DNA of 63,880 nucleotides from Podarcis filfolensis (lineage: Eukaryota): assembly GCA_964270895.1 (NCBI GenBank), contig OZ185439.1; one strand, written 5' to 3'. The notes under the pieces are model-generated. The model made no database searches, was not told the origin of the DNA, and saw nothing but the letters and a program-made list of their open reading frames with translations. Position numbers and translations under genes: made by a program. Positions 24,627-37,199 of this stretch are shown here, in pieces (the stretch's first letter is position 1; each line of letters opens with the position of its first letter).

Positions 24627-26064
24627 AACTAGATGTAAGCTCAGCCACAAAATGTCTATGATGTTGGTTCATGCATTTTCATATTCCTAAATATGAATGA
24701 TTGCTGTTGTAGATCAAGCAAAGAACTGAAATTAAGTTGGTACCCTTTGGACATTACAGCAGTGATGCCAGAAATGGTTTTCGATGGACTCCTTCCATGG
24801 CACTGCTTAATGCAGTAGTGAAGAACCCTCTGTCCTCAGAGGCCATTTTTGGCAAAACACACCCACTGTTTGTCACCTGGCATCATGTGATGTCAGGTGC
24901 AGAGATTTGTCATCTCTTAAATAAGTGCTGTGAGAGCATATTGGCTCTCTGTCCTTTGACAGGCTGAGGATGCACAGACTTTCTTCTCTTGCAGCCATGG
25001 CTTGAACTTTTAATCACAGGATGCCATACGATGTCAGGTGACTGCCCACAGAGGGCAAGCCAGTTCTTGATCCAACCAAATTCAGGTGTGGATTTCCACA
25101 ACTGGCTTACTGTTTAGAAACTTACCACTAAGTAGGTGCTTATCAGCTACCATCAGGTGAAATGACTGGGAGTGGGGTAAGGACCTCACGTGGGCTTTAA
25201 ACATTATGAAAGTGCCATAGGATGAATCCAAGTAAAAGTTGTTCCCACAACAGTGTGTTAACATGTGAAAGGTGCTCTGTAGACAACACAGACAAGGCAA
25301 ACAAGTAACCCCTCTCTCAAAGTATTCTAATTAAATGGAAATACTACACCCATTAAACAGCTAAATATATTATGTTAAACCTCTGAAAGAGAAATAAAAC
25401 AAGTAAGTTGGACTGTGCTTTCACAATTAAAACACAGGAGCGGTATTATGTGTTCACCAAATTGTAGCAGAGTTTCCTGAAAATATTGCTGCTTGGGTGT
25501 AAGAAAACAGAAGGCAGAAAGGAAGAACTATGCTTGAACATTACAGCTGCCTCATTTCTAAGAGATTTAGATGTTCAATTTCCTCCCCTCCCCAACCTAG
25601 ATCAATTCCTGTAACAAAATTTGCAGTATTTCAGCTTCCATTTTGAAAATGACTTGAGAAAAGCAAAAGCACAAGGTTCACAAAGTGGCCTAGAATAGAA
25701 TTGCCAATATTCTGATGAATCTTTCGTGTCTCACCCTAATCAAATGAAGAAAGTATGGCTCTAGCAAATGGGATTTAAATTAATAACATTGAAACAGAAG
25801 GAGGCAGCAGTTCCAGGTGGTGATATAGGAGGCGAAGCCCACTTCAGGAAGGTGGTGATGAGAGGGTGGAGAAGAGAGAGGAAGGGAGAACAAAGAAAAT
25901 AATTTGCAAGACTTTGAAATGCATACCTCATCACCAGACAGGGGCCATGCCCACAATAGTCCTAAATGCTTCTGATTCATCTTCATTTACTTTCATCCTG
26001 CATGATATTCTTGCACTCAGGACATTTTGGTCCTCACTGTGCCCAATTCAGGAATGCTTGAAAC

Positions 26065-26192
26065 ACAAAACTACTTTGGGTTGTCTCCCAAGTTCTACTC
26101 AAAGCAGACCCATTGAAACTAATGGGCAGAAGTTAGTTATGTTTATTGATTTCAACAGGTCTATTTGGAATGTAACTATCATTTGATGCAAC
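26065..26192. mobile_element. Old hairpin (MITE-like) repeat
   Basis: Arms cccattgaaactaat / attgatttcaacagg around a central 'aagttagttatgttt'. The same family occurs at 51975-52100. Confidence 0.6.
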
Positions 26193-26255
26193 CTTTATTC
26201 TGAAATCATATAGAGACTTACTTAGGAGTAAGTCTCATTGAACTCAAAGAGGCTT

Positions 26256-26484
26256 GATTAAGAGGAGATATAATAGCCATTTTCAAATATCTAAAGGGCT
26301 GTCACATGGAAGATGGAGCCTGCTTGTTTTCTCCTGCTTTGGAGCATAGGACCTGAACCAATGGAGTCTAGTTACAAGAAAAGAGATTCCGTCCAAACAT
26401 CAGGAAGAACTTTCTGATGGTAAAAGCTGTTTGACAGTGGAACGGATTCCAAAGAGAGGTAGTGGACTCTCCTTCCTTGGAGGT
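26256..26484 (+). mobile_element. CR1 LINE ORF2 C-terminal fragment
   Basis: Translates as LRGDIIAIFKYLKGCHMEDGACLFSPALEHRT*TNGV*LQEKRFRPNIRKNFLMVKAV*QWNGFQREVVDSPSLEV, the classic CR1 ORF2 end, with stops. Confidence 0.93.
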
Positions 26485-27652
26485 ACAGTCCTCTCCAGAT
26501 TTGAGAAGTAAGGCAGTTTTCATGTCTCTTACAATTCTCAGCAACTTCTTTCAGAACGACTGCATGTATGTTGCATTTTTATTGGAAAGACAGGAGTGAG
26601 TTTTAAAGACATACCGTAAGTCCTACATTAAGAGTTGGAGGTAAATGGAGCCACTCTGATTAAGTTTCACCAAATGTTTTTGTTTCATTATAATCTTGTT
26701 ATGACCTCATTTCACCTTCTTTTCTTCTTAATTTTTTGGATAATAGTGAACACTATACCCTGTTGTTGTTTTTTCTTACTGGTATTTTGGGAGGTTTGGA
26801 CAGTTGTCACATTGGGGAAGGCTTGAGGAACCCTGTTCTATGTTTTGCAATTTTACACTCTAAACAATGACTACCGAAGTTATTCCATAAATACACAATT
26901 GCCTAATCATTGGCACTGCCAGCTGGGACAATAAAAGTTACCATTTTATCAAAATGCAAGTATTTTCCTAAACAGTTTGTCCAATTAATGAACACAGAGC
27001 TGATGTATTTTTTTTTAACAAATGTAATTTTTCCTCTGCATTTACTGCTACAAATGATACTAAAGTGTTACTTCTCATCGGCTCTTTAATTTAACTGCCA
27101 TAATTTATGCAGATAAATGTTTGATGAATTGCGTGAAGAATAGCATTCATATTGCCAACCATAAAAGTACTTAGCTACCATTTTCTTTTCATCCTATTTA
27201 TGGATGCTTTATATTACAAAAAATCAAGTCACCCACATTAAAAATGATGTATTGTTAAAGGAAAAAAAGGTACTGGTGCATAACAAGGAATAATAAATTA
27301 TTAGTCTCTGAAGGTTAAAGCCAAGTTTAAAACCTATCAGTGCTTTGTTATACTGAAATCTTTTCAAGATTCAGTTGACTGAGTAGGCTTTCAAGTGACA
27401 AAAGTGACACCACACTAAGGCTATCATCTCTCTGGGTTTAGCTCAGGCATCAAATGCAATGTGAAGGACAGATCAATGTTCGTGATAATCCTCAAAATAA
27501 TTCAGCTACACACACAAACTGGCATAAGTTATGATTTTAAAATTCAGCTCAACTTCATGTAAGCAAGGGCACTTAAATTTGATCCTTTCTTCTGAATCAA
27601 CCTTAACCATTTTATACTTACTGGAACAGGGAGTTGAGGTTGAAAGGATAAT

Positions 27653-27659
<7 letters not shown>

Positions 27660-27692
<33 letters not shown>
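27660..27692. repeat. (TA)n microsatellite
   Basis: Direct reading. Confidence 0.95.
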
Positions 27693-27695
<3 letters not shown>

Positions 27696-27930
27696 TGTTG
27701 CTTGATGGAAGTGTTGCATTGATCCTCATAAGAATCATGGCAGTGAAAATGAATCAGATGCACAGCAGACCTGGGCATGGGCAGTGATGTCTTCAATCCA
27801 ATACTTACATAGAAGATTCCTTTTCCAGTGTCATTTGGGAAAATTCACGTTAAAAAGGACAAGAAGGCCCAACTATTCCTAGAAATACAGCCTGGTTAGT
27901 TAATTTCTTTATGAACTTGTCATTCAGTCC

Positions 27931-29195
27931 ATGGGAGTGATTCTTATACTAGAATTGGGGTCAATATGTAGAATATTGGCTTTACATACCATTGACCATG
28001 GTATCCCTCCTGGACAAGCTCCAGGGAATGGAGACTGGGGGCACTGTATTACAGTGGTTCTGATCCTATCTTCAGGGCAAAGTCCAGAGAGTAGCATTGA
28101 GAGAGTGCCTTTCGGCCCCCCTTGCAGCTACGTTACGGGGTGTCGTAGGGGACTATCTTGTCTCCAGTGCTATTTAATATCTATATGAAGCTGTTAGGAG
28201 TGGTCATTAGGCATTTCGGGGAGAGGTGCCACCAGTATGCTGATAACACTTAGCTGTATTTTTCCATAACATCTGAATCAGGAGAGGCCGTGCAGGCCCT
28301 GGGTCCTTGCCTGGACTCAGCGGTGAAATGGATAAGGAAAAACAATCTGAGCTTGAATCCTGGCAAGATGGAGGCACTGTGGGTGAGTAGCTTCCGTGTC
28401 CTAGAAATTGGTCAACTGCCTACCTTGGATGAGGCTGCATTCCCCCTCAAGGAACAGGTTCACAGTTTGGGGGTGCTTCTGGAGGCCTTTTACAAACTGT
28501 GATTGGTTCAAAAGCTACGATCATTCCTGGACTGGGAATGTCTTGCCACAGTCGTTCATGCTTTGATTACTTCAAGACTGGATTACTGCAATACACTCAA
28601 AGTGCTGCTTCTCTCATGCTTAATCCGGAAGCTGCCGTTAGTGCAGAATGCTGCAGCACGATTGCTGACAGGAGTAAGTCCTGGTCAGCATATAATACCT
28701 TTGCTTTAGAGATCTGCATTGGTTGCCGATTTGCTACTGGGCAAAGTTCAGGATGTTACTATTAACATATAAAGCCCGTAAAACGTGGGACCAGCTTACC
28801 TACAAGATAGCCTTACCTCACATCTGCCCACCCGACCACTTTGATCAGCAGAACTGGTACTACTACAGATGCCACATAATACCCACTCCACATGTGTAAG
28901 AACATGATTGCTGGCGTAGCAGCACTTTGGAACTCCCTGCCTAATGGGATAAAGCAGGCACCTTCACTGTATTCTTCTTGGCTCCTGCTAAAAACATTCT
29001 TGTTTGGACAAGCCTATGCTTATAAAGTTGACATAATTTTAATCTGTTTCAGTATTTTAACTTCTGTATGTTTCAAAGTTAAGGTTGTGATTCTTCTTGG
29101 CTTTACTGTTTTATCTCTTGTAAACTGATTCGAGGATTGTTGTGTGTTTTTTAACTATCAAACTGTGTATGAATTTTATGAAATCAATCAATCTT
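27931..29195 (+). mobile_element. Decayed L2 LINE (RT domain to 3' end, about 1.26 kb)
   Basis: RT motifs TIDHGI, G(T)ILSPVLFNIY, YADNT* (28236-28253), ATVVHALITSRLDYCN...LVQNAAARLLTG and ALWNSLP, with stops and frameshifts. Tail (TCAA)n at ~29185. Confidence 0.93.
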
Positions 29196-30146
29196 AGGCA
29201 GCAAGAAGTTGTGCACAATTTTTTTTCTTAAAAACCCCCTCAATGGATGTGTTTAACTCTTGCAAGAAATTGAACAAATTGCCATCTCTAGGGTCACCCC
29301 ATGGTCAAGGTGATTCTAAGAATTAGTCTCTGGTGGATGAGGTGCTTTCCCCTATAGTGTTTGGCATCCAGATCAAAGACTGCATGTAGCCTGAAGGGGA
29401 AACATTACATAACCCAGTATAGGTTGTCTAGGAGTGAGAGGAGAGATAGATGAGAGGAGATGTGTTCCATCTGTTGGACTGGACACTTGAACTACATGGT
29501 GCCACATAGGAATTCCTTTCCAGTTCAGCACTACTCCCCCCACCCAAAATAATATTTTAAAGAAAACAAATAGCATCACTATTTAGAGACTTAATCAGGT
29601 GGTAATGACTGAAAAAAGGATATACACACAAACACATACAGGATGCAACCAGCTGAAGTTAAGCACTCTGTGTCTCATCCAACAAAATAATTAAGCACAT
29701 GCTTAAATCTCTCGCAGAAATCTGTGAGATTTAAAAGTGCTAAATTGTTGTATCCAAAGACTGAAGCTAAAATAAAAGTATAGATTTCAGAAATTGTGCA
29801 ACTTATGTGGGACCCTTCTCCACATTGGATACGCAAAGACACAGGAAGAGAGAAGCTTCAATTATGTGTTCTTTTATCTCTGTCACTAGGAACACCGATT
29901 CTAAAATAAAAATAGGACATCATCTCACTTTAGTACAACAGCAGGGAAAATACATACCGGTAATCTTCAATCCAATGATTCTATGCAGGCAGTCAGATAT
30001 CCGGATCAAGATTACAGTTTTAGGACAGATATATAATTTCAAGATCTTCAATTCATTAATGAGAGCTATGCACTCCAGCTTCAGTTCCAATAAGAGAAGA
30101 AGACCACCCTACTTGTATTAGGAGGAAAACAGAGATGACAAGCTTA

Positions 30147-30407
30147 GGGCTCATCCACATTTCCTTTTGTCTCACTTTTCTAGGCATAGGTCTGGGTTTT
30201 CCAGCCCAGGTCCAAGGAGGATTTTCTTTTTTCTTTTTTGTCCCGGCATTTTCCCAGAGAAAACCCACATTTTACCACTAAATCAGAGCAAACAGCAATC
30301 AGGTTTTCCTGGGGAAAGTGCCAGGGACAAAAAAAGAAACCATTGAGACCTGGAAAGCCTGTGCCTGTCCCTAGAAAGCACAGAGCAAAGGTAAGTGTGG
30401 CTGATCT
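30147..30407. mobile_element. Fold-back MITE (PIF/Harbinger-like, superfamily inferred)
   Basis: The whole element is an imperfect inverted repeat. Examples: catccacatttccttttgtctcacttttctagg vs cctagaaagcacagagcaaaggtaagtgtggctg, and ttttttgtcccggcattttcccagagaaaacc vs ggttttcctggggaaagtgccagggacaaaaaaa. TTA lies at the left edge. Confidence 0.75.
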
Positions 30408-31180
30408 GTTGCTAAGAGATTCCATTCATGTTATGGTGAAGGTACAACGCTATAAATCAGAAGTCAGGAAATTTCAGTCCCAGAAGCCAAATATAGACCT
30501 TGAGGGTGCTCTTTGCAGCTTACCTTTCAAAGGCAAGAGTCACACACATTGTTCCAACCACTTTTGCCCTTGTCCTCCTGCATCTGACTCCTTGGAAGGC
30601 TTAGGCTAAAAAAGTTTCCCCACTCACCCTGGTTATAAACAGTTAACTGTGCCTACAGACATTTCTTGAGCATCAGATAAATGTACCTTGAGGAAATTAT
30701 CAGGCCCCATCATAGTAAAACAGAAGGCATATTGCATTAGAAGCTTTTTTAAACTGAAATAAAAAAATACTCCATGCAGACCCCAAAACCCCAGATCTAC
30801 CCTTGATCCATCTTGAGCATAAGCTCACAGACCACAACCGTTCTAAACAAGCTCTTTTCAATACCTGACCAGCTTCACTTTCAGAAAAAACAGAGCTATG
30901 CCTCCACTGATCATAGATCACTTTGTGATGTTGAACATAATGATTTGGGGAACGTTTGGTTTCCAAAGGAGAAGGCTCCTCCATAAAGATGTCCAGTTCC
31001 ATCTCAGTTCCCTAACTTATCTACCCAGTCTGCTCTCAAAAAAGGATACATAAAAGTGAGAGTTCTGTTACAGGTAGGATAGGACAGTTGATAAGATCAA
31101 GGAGACAAAGACTTGCCCCCAATATCTGCTCAGGGAGGTTGAAAGATTCCCCAGAACAGTGTGCAGGGGGAGAAAAGGGG

Positions 31181-31370
31181 AGATTTGTTTATTTATTTAT
31201 ATCCCACCTCTTTCTCCAAGGAACTCAAGATGGCATACATGGTTCCCCCACTCCTCATTTAATTCCCACAACAACCCTATGAGGTAAGGTAGACGGAGAG
31301 GCAGTTACTGGTCCAAGGTTACCAGTGAGCTTCATGGCGGAGTGGGGAATTGAACCTGGTCTCCCAGGGC
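31181..31370 (-). mobile_element. Squam3/MIR-like CORE-SINE with L2-type tail
   Basis: The minus strand has the B box 'ggttcaattcc', the CORE 'ttacctcatagggttgttgtggg' and the tail 'gaggtgggatataaataaataaa'. Confidence 0.85.
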
Positions 31371-33224
31371 TAACAATCCCTTTAGAGCTATGTTGCATTC
31401 CACCCTCAGGCATAGGTATAGTTGCATATCAAAGGACAATATTTTACACTATATCAGACTTGAGAAACAGTATCTTCTAACATGTCAATTGCTGAACGCT
31501 TCCTTCATAGTCTTCCGTACTTACCTAGGACACCAAGGATAAGATTTTTTCTGTGGTGGAACCATAATTGTGGGGGAAATACGCTTGAGAGATGCTTACC
31601 AAACTTAATCCCTTATATCTTTCAGAAAGACTGTAAATACCTTCTTATTTCATTAAGACTTTGGATGTACTGGTTTTGCAATTTAACTTGCCTCTTGCTA
31701 CTATTTTATTATTTGGGATTTTTATTGCAGTTCAATTAGGTATTTTTTATATTATGTTACTCTAAGCATCTTGGTGCCTGTTTTAGGTAAACATTTATTT
31801 AATTTAGTAAGAGTGAACTGATGACTTCAAATCCAAGCAATTTTCATGCAAATAATAAAACCACCAAGCTATATATTCATGTTATATTGAAATAGCAGTT
31901 GTTAAAATCAGAATGAGATTATTCTTCACTATATAGATTTTCTGTTTCATGTCTGTATGAGTTATCTTGTTCCTTTTCTTTTATCTGTTATGAATTAAGT
32001 ATTTTTGCCCCTGTGCTACTAAGGAAGAAAAATAGAAACAGTAATTATCATTAGATCTATATAATAGTTTAAGAGTACTGAAAGAGAGAGAACTTGTTGC
32101 CACTATTTCATCTCATTATTGACCATAAAACCATTATACCAAACATGCATATGCAATATGAAATTCAGCAATTTAAAGTAAAAACAAATTAAAGAAATTC
32201 ACCTCTGATGCATGGATTACAATTAAAAGATGTGTACTGTCAACAATGATTGAATCCTAAATTCACAGATGACACACTACAATTATATCACAACTTTCAG
32301 TCTCTAATTAGTGAGCTAATAATCACACCTATTAATAATCCATTGATGCCTTCAGTCTTATTCCCTATGCCATTGCTTTACAGATACTGCCCAAATGAAC
32401 ACAAGCAACAAACATTTATCTGGCAAGCAGTTTCTTTGGAAACACCCACCCACAGTTAAAATAACTACAACTCTTAAATGATGTATTCACAGATGGGGGA
32501 ATTTGGATTACTACTTAAAAACAAAGAAGGCTAAAGAAAAAAGTACAAAGAAATTCAGACCACAATAAAACTATCTTCTTCCTTGTCTTTTGATTTTTAA
32601 TATAGAGGGGAATTCTGGCACATGATTTCTCAAGGCAGCAAATTAATGCCACTTCTGGATAGGTAAAAACAGGAAAATAATAGCAGCTTATGCACACCCA
32701 CACACGTCATTAATTAAGATATGTCTGACTGCAAGCAGTGGAGTCACTCTGGTCTACATTTCTTCTCAGGACTGGTGAGTGGTTTTTGAATACTGGTAGC
32801 CTCCTCTTGTGTCCCATTGTCGTTGATTATGTATGATTAATGATTTCAAGGAATAAAAGGGAAAGGTCAATTTCTGAGTTCAAGACAGAGCAGCTACACC
32901 GGGAGTAATTAAGATACTTGTGTAAGCATGATTAATAAGCACAAACAGGCATACTGTGCTGTAAACAAGACACAACCAGATGGTTTAGGAAGAAATTGGT
33001 ATTTCCTTAAAAAGAAGGGAAGGCAATTTTTCAAGCCCCAAAAGTTGGCTTCCTCCCCACTCAACCCCCACCCTACCAACATCTTAGAAGCTTATTATCT
33101 GCACAGCTTACAAAGAAAGGAATAGTAACCTCCTTAAACATTCATCCATTCCAGTCTCTCTCTTTTAATTTTAAACACAGATAACTAGAGTTTGCATGTA
33201 AATGGATTCAACTCATCTTTGTTT

Positions 33225-33414
33225 AACGTTGCCTTTTATGTCGAGTTCCATGAATTGCTAAGCCTGACAAGGTTCACTGGGAATCTTTTTAATTCCCACC
33301 CACAAGCTCTCGCTCGCTGTCATGTGACTGGCAGTATAGAGGGATCAGCCGTGGCATTTATCGAGAAAGCTGGAAGACAGGTGTCAGAACGGTCCAGCAG
33401 GCAAACCTAACGAA
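33225..33414. promoter_or_regulatory. Candidate promoter/enhancer (CpG-retaining unique sequence)
   Basis: 8 CpG in about 186 bp in an otherwise CpG-poor window. E-box/M-box GTCATGTGAC at 33319-33328 and TATA-like TATAGA at 33335-33340. It abuts an N-run. Confidence 0.4.
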
Positions 33415-33546
33415 NNNNNNNNNNNNNNNNNNNNNNNNNNNNNNNNNNNNNNNNNNNNNNNNNNNNNNNNNNNNNNNNNNNNNNNNNNNNNNNNNNNNNN
33501 NNNNNNNNNNNNNNNNNNNNNNNNNNNNNNNNNNNNNNNNNNNNNN
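33415..33546. other. N-run (132 bp)
   Basis: Direct reading. Confidence 1.
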
Positions 33547-34319
33547 GGAACAAGGAAAAAATAGAGTCAGCAGGGAAGGGACATCAAACGAACTTAGGAT
33601 AGATGAAGGCTTTATTTTAAAAGTAATATAATTACAGATTTGTGTAATGTTTTACAATACATTTAAATGTGAAGTTGCATCCTTACACACCAGAAAGGTA
33701 TTAGCTGTTCAGCTCTGGAGCTGAAGCTCTAATACATACAAATGACTAACAGGAAAACAACCAACAAAATCTCTCATTGATGACTTCAAACAAAAAGGTA
33801 AGTATTTTTAAGCCATTGCTAAAAGTAACTGTCTTTGAAGAATCTTCAAACACTAAGCCAATACAGCAATCACACCTTAAATTACAACTATTTTCTACAT
33901 ATAAATATCACATAACTTGTGTTACAGTCAACATTGTTGTGAAGTAATTCTATTTCATTTACATATTTTTCTATGTAATAATATTTTTCTAAACTCTGTA
34001 TTTGTCACACCGACAAATCCTCTTACAGTTGGGAGTATATAATCTGGTAAAGCTTCACCTAATCTTTGCTGGCTATAGCGTTACTGACTCATATTAGAAA
34101 ATTTGCTTTTGTACTGTATAATATTATGAGGCATCTTAAACTCAGGCACATTTTCAGATAAAATATGGATTTGCTTTAGATGTTATTTTCACACTTTTGC
34201 TTTTGTCAACATTAACCTTGCTCCCCGATAGTGAACTTCCTTCTAAAGTGATTATTTTATTGGAAGAAGCATATACCACTACTCCATGCACCTGCCATTC
34301 TCCTTTTCTTTTAAAACAA

Positions 34320-34460
34320 CAAGGACAGGAAACATGTGGCCCTCCAGATGTATTTGGACATTGGACTACAACTCCCATCATTCCTGATCATTGGACATAC
34401 CAGCTGGGCTTTATGGGAGTTGAAGACCAACAACATCTGGAAAGCTACAGCTTTCCCTGC
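34320..34460. mobile_element. Palindromic hAT/Charlie-type MITE copy
   Basis: 'tgtggccctccagatg...ggactacaactcccatcattcctg...atgggagttgaagaccaacaacatctgga'. Confidence 0.85.
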
Positions 34461-35756
34461 TTTAAAAGAAAAACCATAGCTCAAATGCTCTAAACAAACT
34501 CAGTAGCCTGTCCAGAACAGCACTTAGCAGAGGGCTGGAAATAGCAGTAGAGAGGCCTTTCCCCACCTCAGTGCTGCTTCATCTGTTCCCTAATATTTAG
34601 TCCCTGAGCCATGTCAGCAAAACTCTTGGCCTGTTTCTTTCCAGACTGCCCCCTTTCTGTCCAATGACTCCTGTTTCCATGATCTCAAAAGCAAGGAAGC
34701 AAGCATGTACTTCACCAAATCCGTATCGAGCATCTGATAAGAGGGGGAAAGAAGCTCCCTGTAAGTTGTACCACTTAAAAACTATTTTCAGAGGCTAAAT
34801 AATGTGGTAGGTATTCTTTTATCACTAATTTATTTCCTTCAGCCTGACTAAATTTTTTCTTTCAGTTTGAACACTGAAGTCAGGTTTTTCCTAGCCACAG
34901 GATCTAACCTCATCCGGTGAACTAACAATTTGCTCAGGCTACAGATTCTTGAGGAGAGAACACTAGCTGCCTATAATCAAAGTTAAGAGTGCTAAAAGTG
35001 TCTGTCCATCTCTCATCACTACAGATACTGCAAGTCAATGTTTCTCATACAGATCTATGTGCTTTATAAAAAGGTGGGGGCTACCGCCTCCCAGCCTTTT
35101 CCTTCTTGAAAGGAAGGTGGGGATACATGGCCTGGGTTTGTCACAGGTGAATAATGCAGAACACCGGTTTCTGGTAATATCAGTGGGTGGGAAGTAGGTG
35201 GCACACCTGCCACAATCAGTTGATTTTGTATACAATCACAGTATAGATTAAAACACCAAATTTGTTATGCTTTCTTACTGTGAAATGCTTATTAAATACT
35301 TTGTGCAGCTTTTGGAAGTCAAATACTGTCAACTGCTATCGGGATCTGCACAGTCTGTAGTAGGAAGAAATAAAAATTTGTTAAATTTAATTAGGTTGGG
35401 CATAATTTATATGCTTTCTGCAGTCTTACTAATTTAACTCTTGGTCTCTTCAAAAATGTTTTTTTAATATAAATTTTAGACATTATCCTACAGGTCAGCA
35501 TTAACTGAGACACTAATGGAATGTTCCTCATAAGTTTTGATGTACTTGTTTTTAATATTCCAATCAACAACATCATATGCAAGCTCATAATAGCATCCCA
35601 GTCAAGCACATGGTAATAGCATTTATAGCAATTTCAGAAGAAATCTCTATATTTCAGTTTTAAAATTATGTGTTTAGTTACTTTGTCCAGACTGAGCACG
35701 TGTGGTCTTACGTGTTCATCTTCAAATGACCCAGTTCTTCCTCAGCTACATTGAGT

Positions 35757-35812
35757 CATAGAATCATAGAACTATAGGGTTGGATGAGGGTCATCTAGTA
35801 ACAAGTCTGTGA
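35757..35812 (-). mobile_element. Short CR1-type 3' tail fragment
   Basis: 'catagaatcatagaactatagggttgga...gggtcatctagt'. Confidence 0.6.
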
Positions 35813-37091
35813 ACTTTATACCTGGTTTCCAGAGCTTTGGAATTTTCACATGCTGCGAACCCATTTTTCAAACAGACACATTTTGGCAGATCATATATCT
35901 TGGTGCAATTGCAGCCTAGTAGATAAAGCATAGACTCATGTGCTGGCGAACCCCACTACCATCCCCAGTATATGGTGGGTATAATTTGACATGATCCAAA
36001 GCATAGTCTGGGCTGCACACTTACAGTTCTTTTATTCATTTATACATGCCTTGAACATTATTGGCATGGCAGGGCCACAACAGGGTAAGTTTTATATAAA
36101 GTATATGATTACACCCAAAATCAAGTGATCGCTGCAGGTCCAGAATTAACAGGGAAGTAGCATGTATATGTGGAATTGCATTCCAATGTACTTGAAACTA
36201 CATACAAAAATTGGGCATATTAATACAAATCCTCTAATTGCCAATGATATGAAAATAATGGCAACCAAAACTCAGTTACTATTGTGTAGCTTTGATCTCT
36301 GCAGCCACATTAATGTCCAAGGAACAAAAGTAAAATGAAAAGTCAAAATATTGTTTGTAATTGGCTGGTTATACTGAAAGTGTTATCTGGCTTGGTTTAT
36401 GCTGACCACCATCTTCAAAAGCTAATTTGCTTCCATTTACAAAACTAGTTAAATGTATATTTCCTGATGATCAGGGATTGATATAGATATATGTGATCTA
36501 AAAACCCCCCAAAACCTCACATTGATAGCTTAGAAGTGGCCAGCAACTTCTAAAGAACAAAGTGTATGATTATATTAGGTATGTTTATGTGTTGTATATT
36601 ATTTTTATCTATCTATCCTGCTTTTCTGTCCTTAAAAAGCTCAAGATGCCTCACAAAGCATAAAAGCACCCAAAAAACAAGATGAGTATGTCTGCAGAGA
36701 CATACTGTAGATTTAGAGGCTTAGGATAATTTTATTTACTATTTTAGCATACTGATGTCAATCACCGCATCAAATTGCCAGCCAAAGCTTGTTTTAATGT
36801 TCAAAATTTTGATAGATGAACTAAGTGATGTTGTAAGAAAGAAACTAACCATAAAACCTTATCTGCATAAGTCAAATTAAAAAAAACCTGAAAACACAAC
36901 CTATGCAATACTTGTTGCTACAGATTTGAAATGATACCACAGGAGACTGAAGTCTACACAAACTTTCTTAAAATTGCTCAAGTCTTGGTACAACTGATCT
37001 GAAAATAGCTTCTGTTCTCTTCTAGTCTCTAAAACCGCTTCCTGCCACACACCAGCAAAACATTCTGATTCCTACAATCACTGCAATATAA

Positions 37092-37129
37092 GTATCTGAA
37101 GAAGTGTACATGCACATGAAAGCTCATAC
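37092..37129 (+). ncRNA. Minimal type I hammerhead ribozyme motif (PLE-associated)
   Basis: Stem I gtat (37092-37095) / atac (37126-37129). Core CTGAAGA (37096-37102). Near-palindromic stem II (37103-37117). GAAA (37118-37121). Palindromic AGCT stem III and UC cleavage site (C37125). Confidence 0.7.
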
Positions 37130-37199
37130 CAATAACAAACTTAGTTGGTCTCTAAGGTGCTACTGGATGGGAAAAGTTTTATGCAATATAAGTATCTTT
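37093..37199 (+). mobile_element. Penelope-like element (PLE) terminal fragment flanked by a 16-bp direct repeat
   Basis: 'ctgaagaagtgtacatgcacatgaaagctcataccaataacaaacttagttggtctctaaggtgctactgga' matches the lacertid PLE terminus as I recall it. Flanked by atcactgcaatataag at 37077-37092 and 37200-37215. Confidence 0.85.

Noticed and set aside
36078-36090. Strong donor CAGG|GTAAGT
   Set aside because: No convincing upstream acceptor or open frame. Isolated donors are common.
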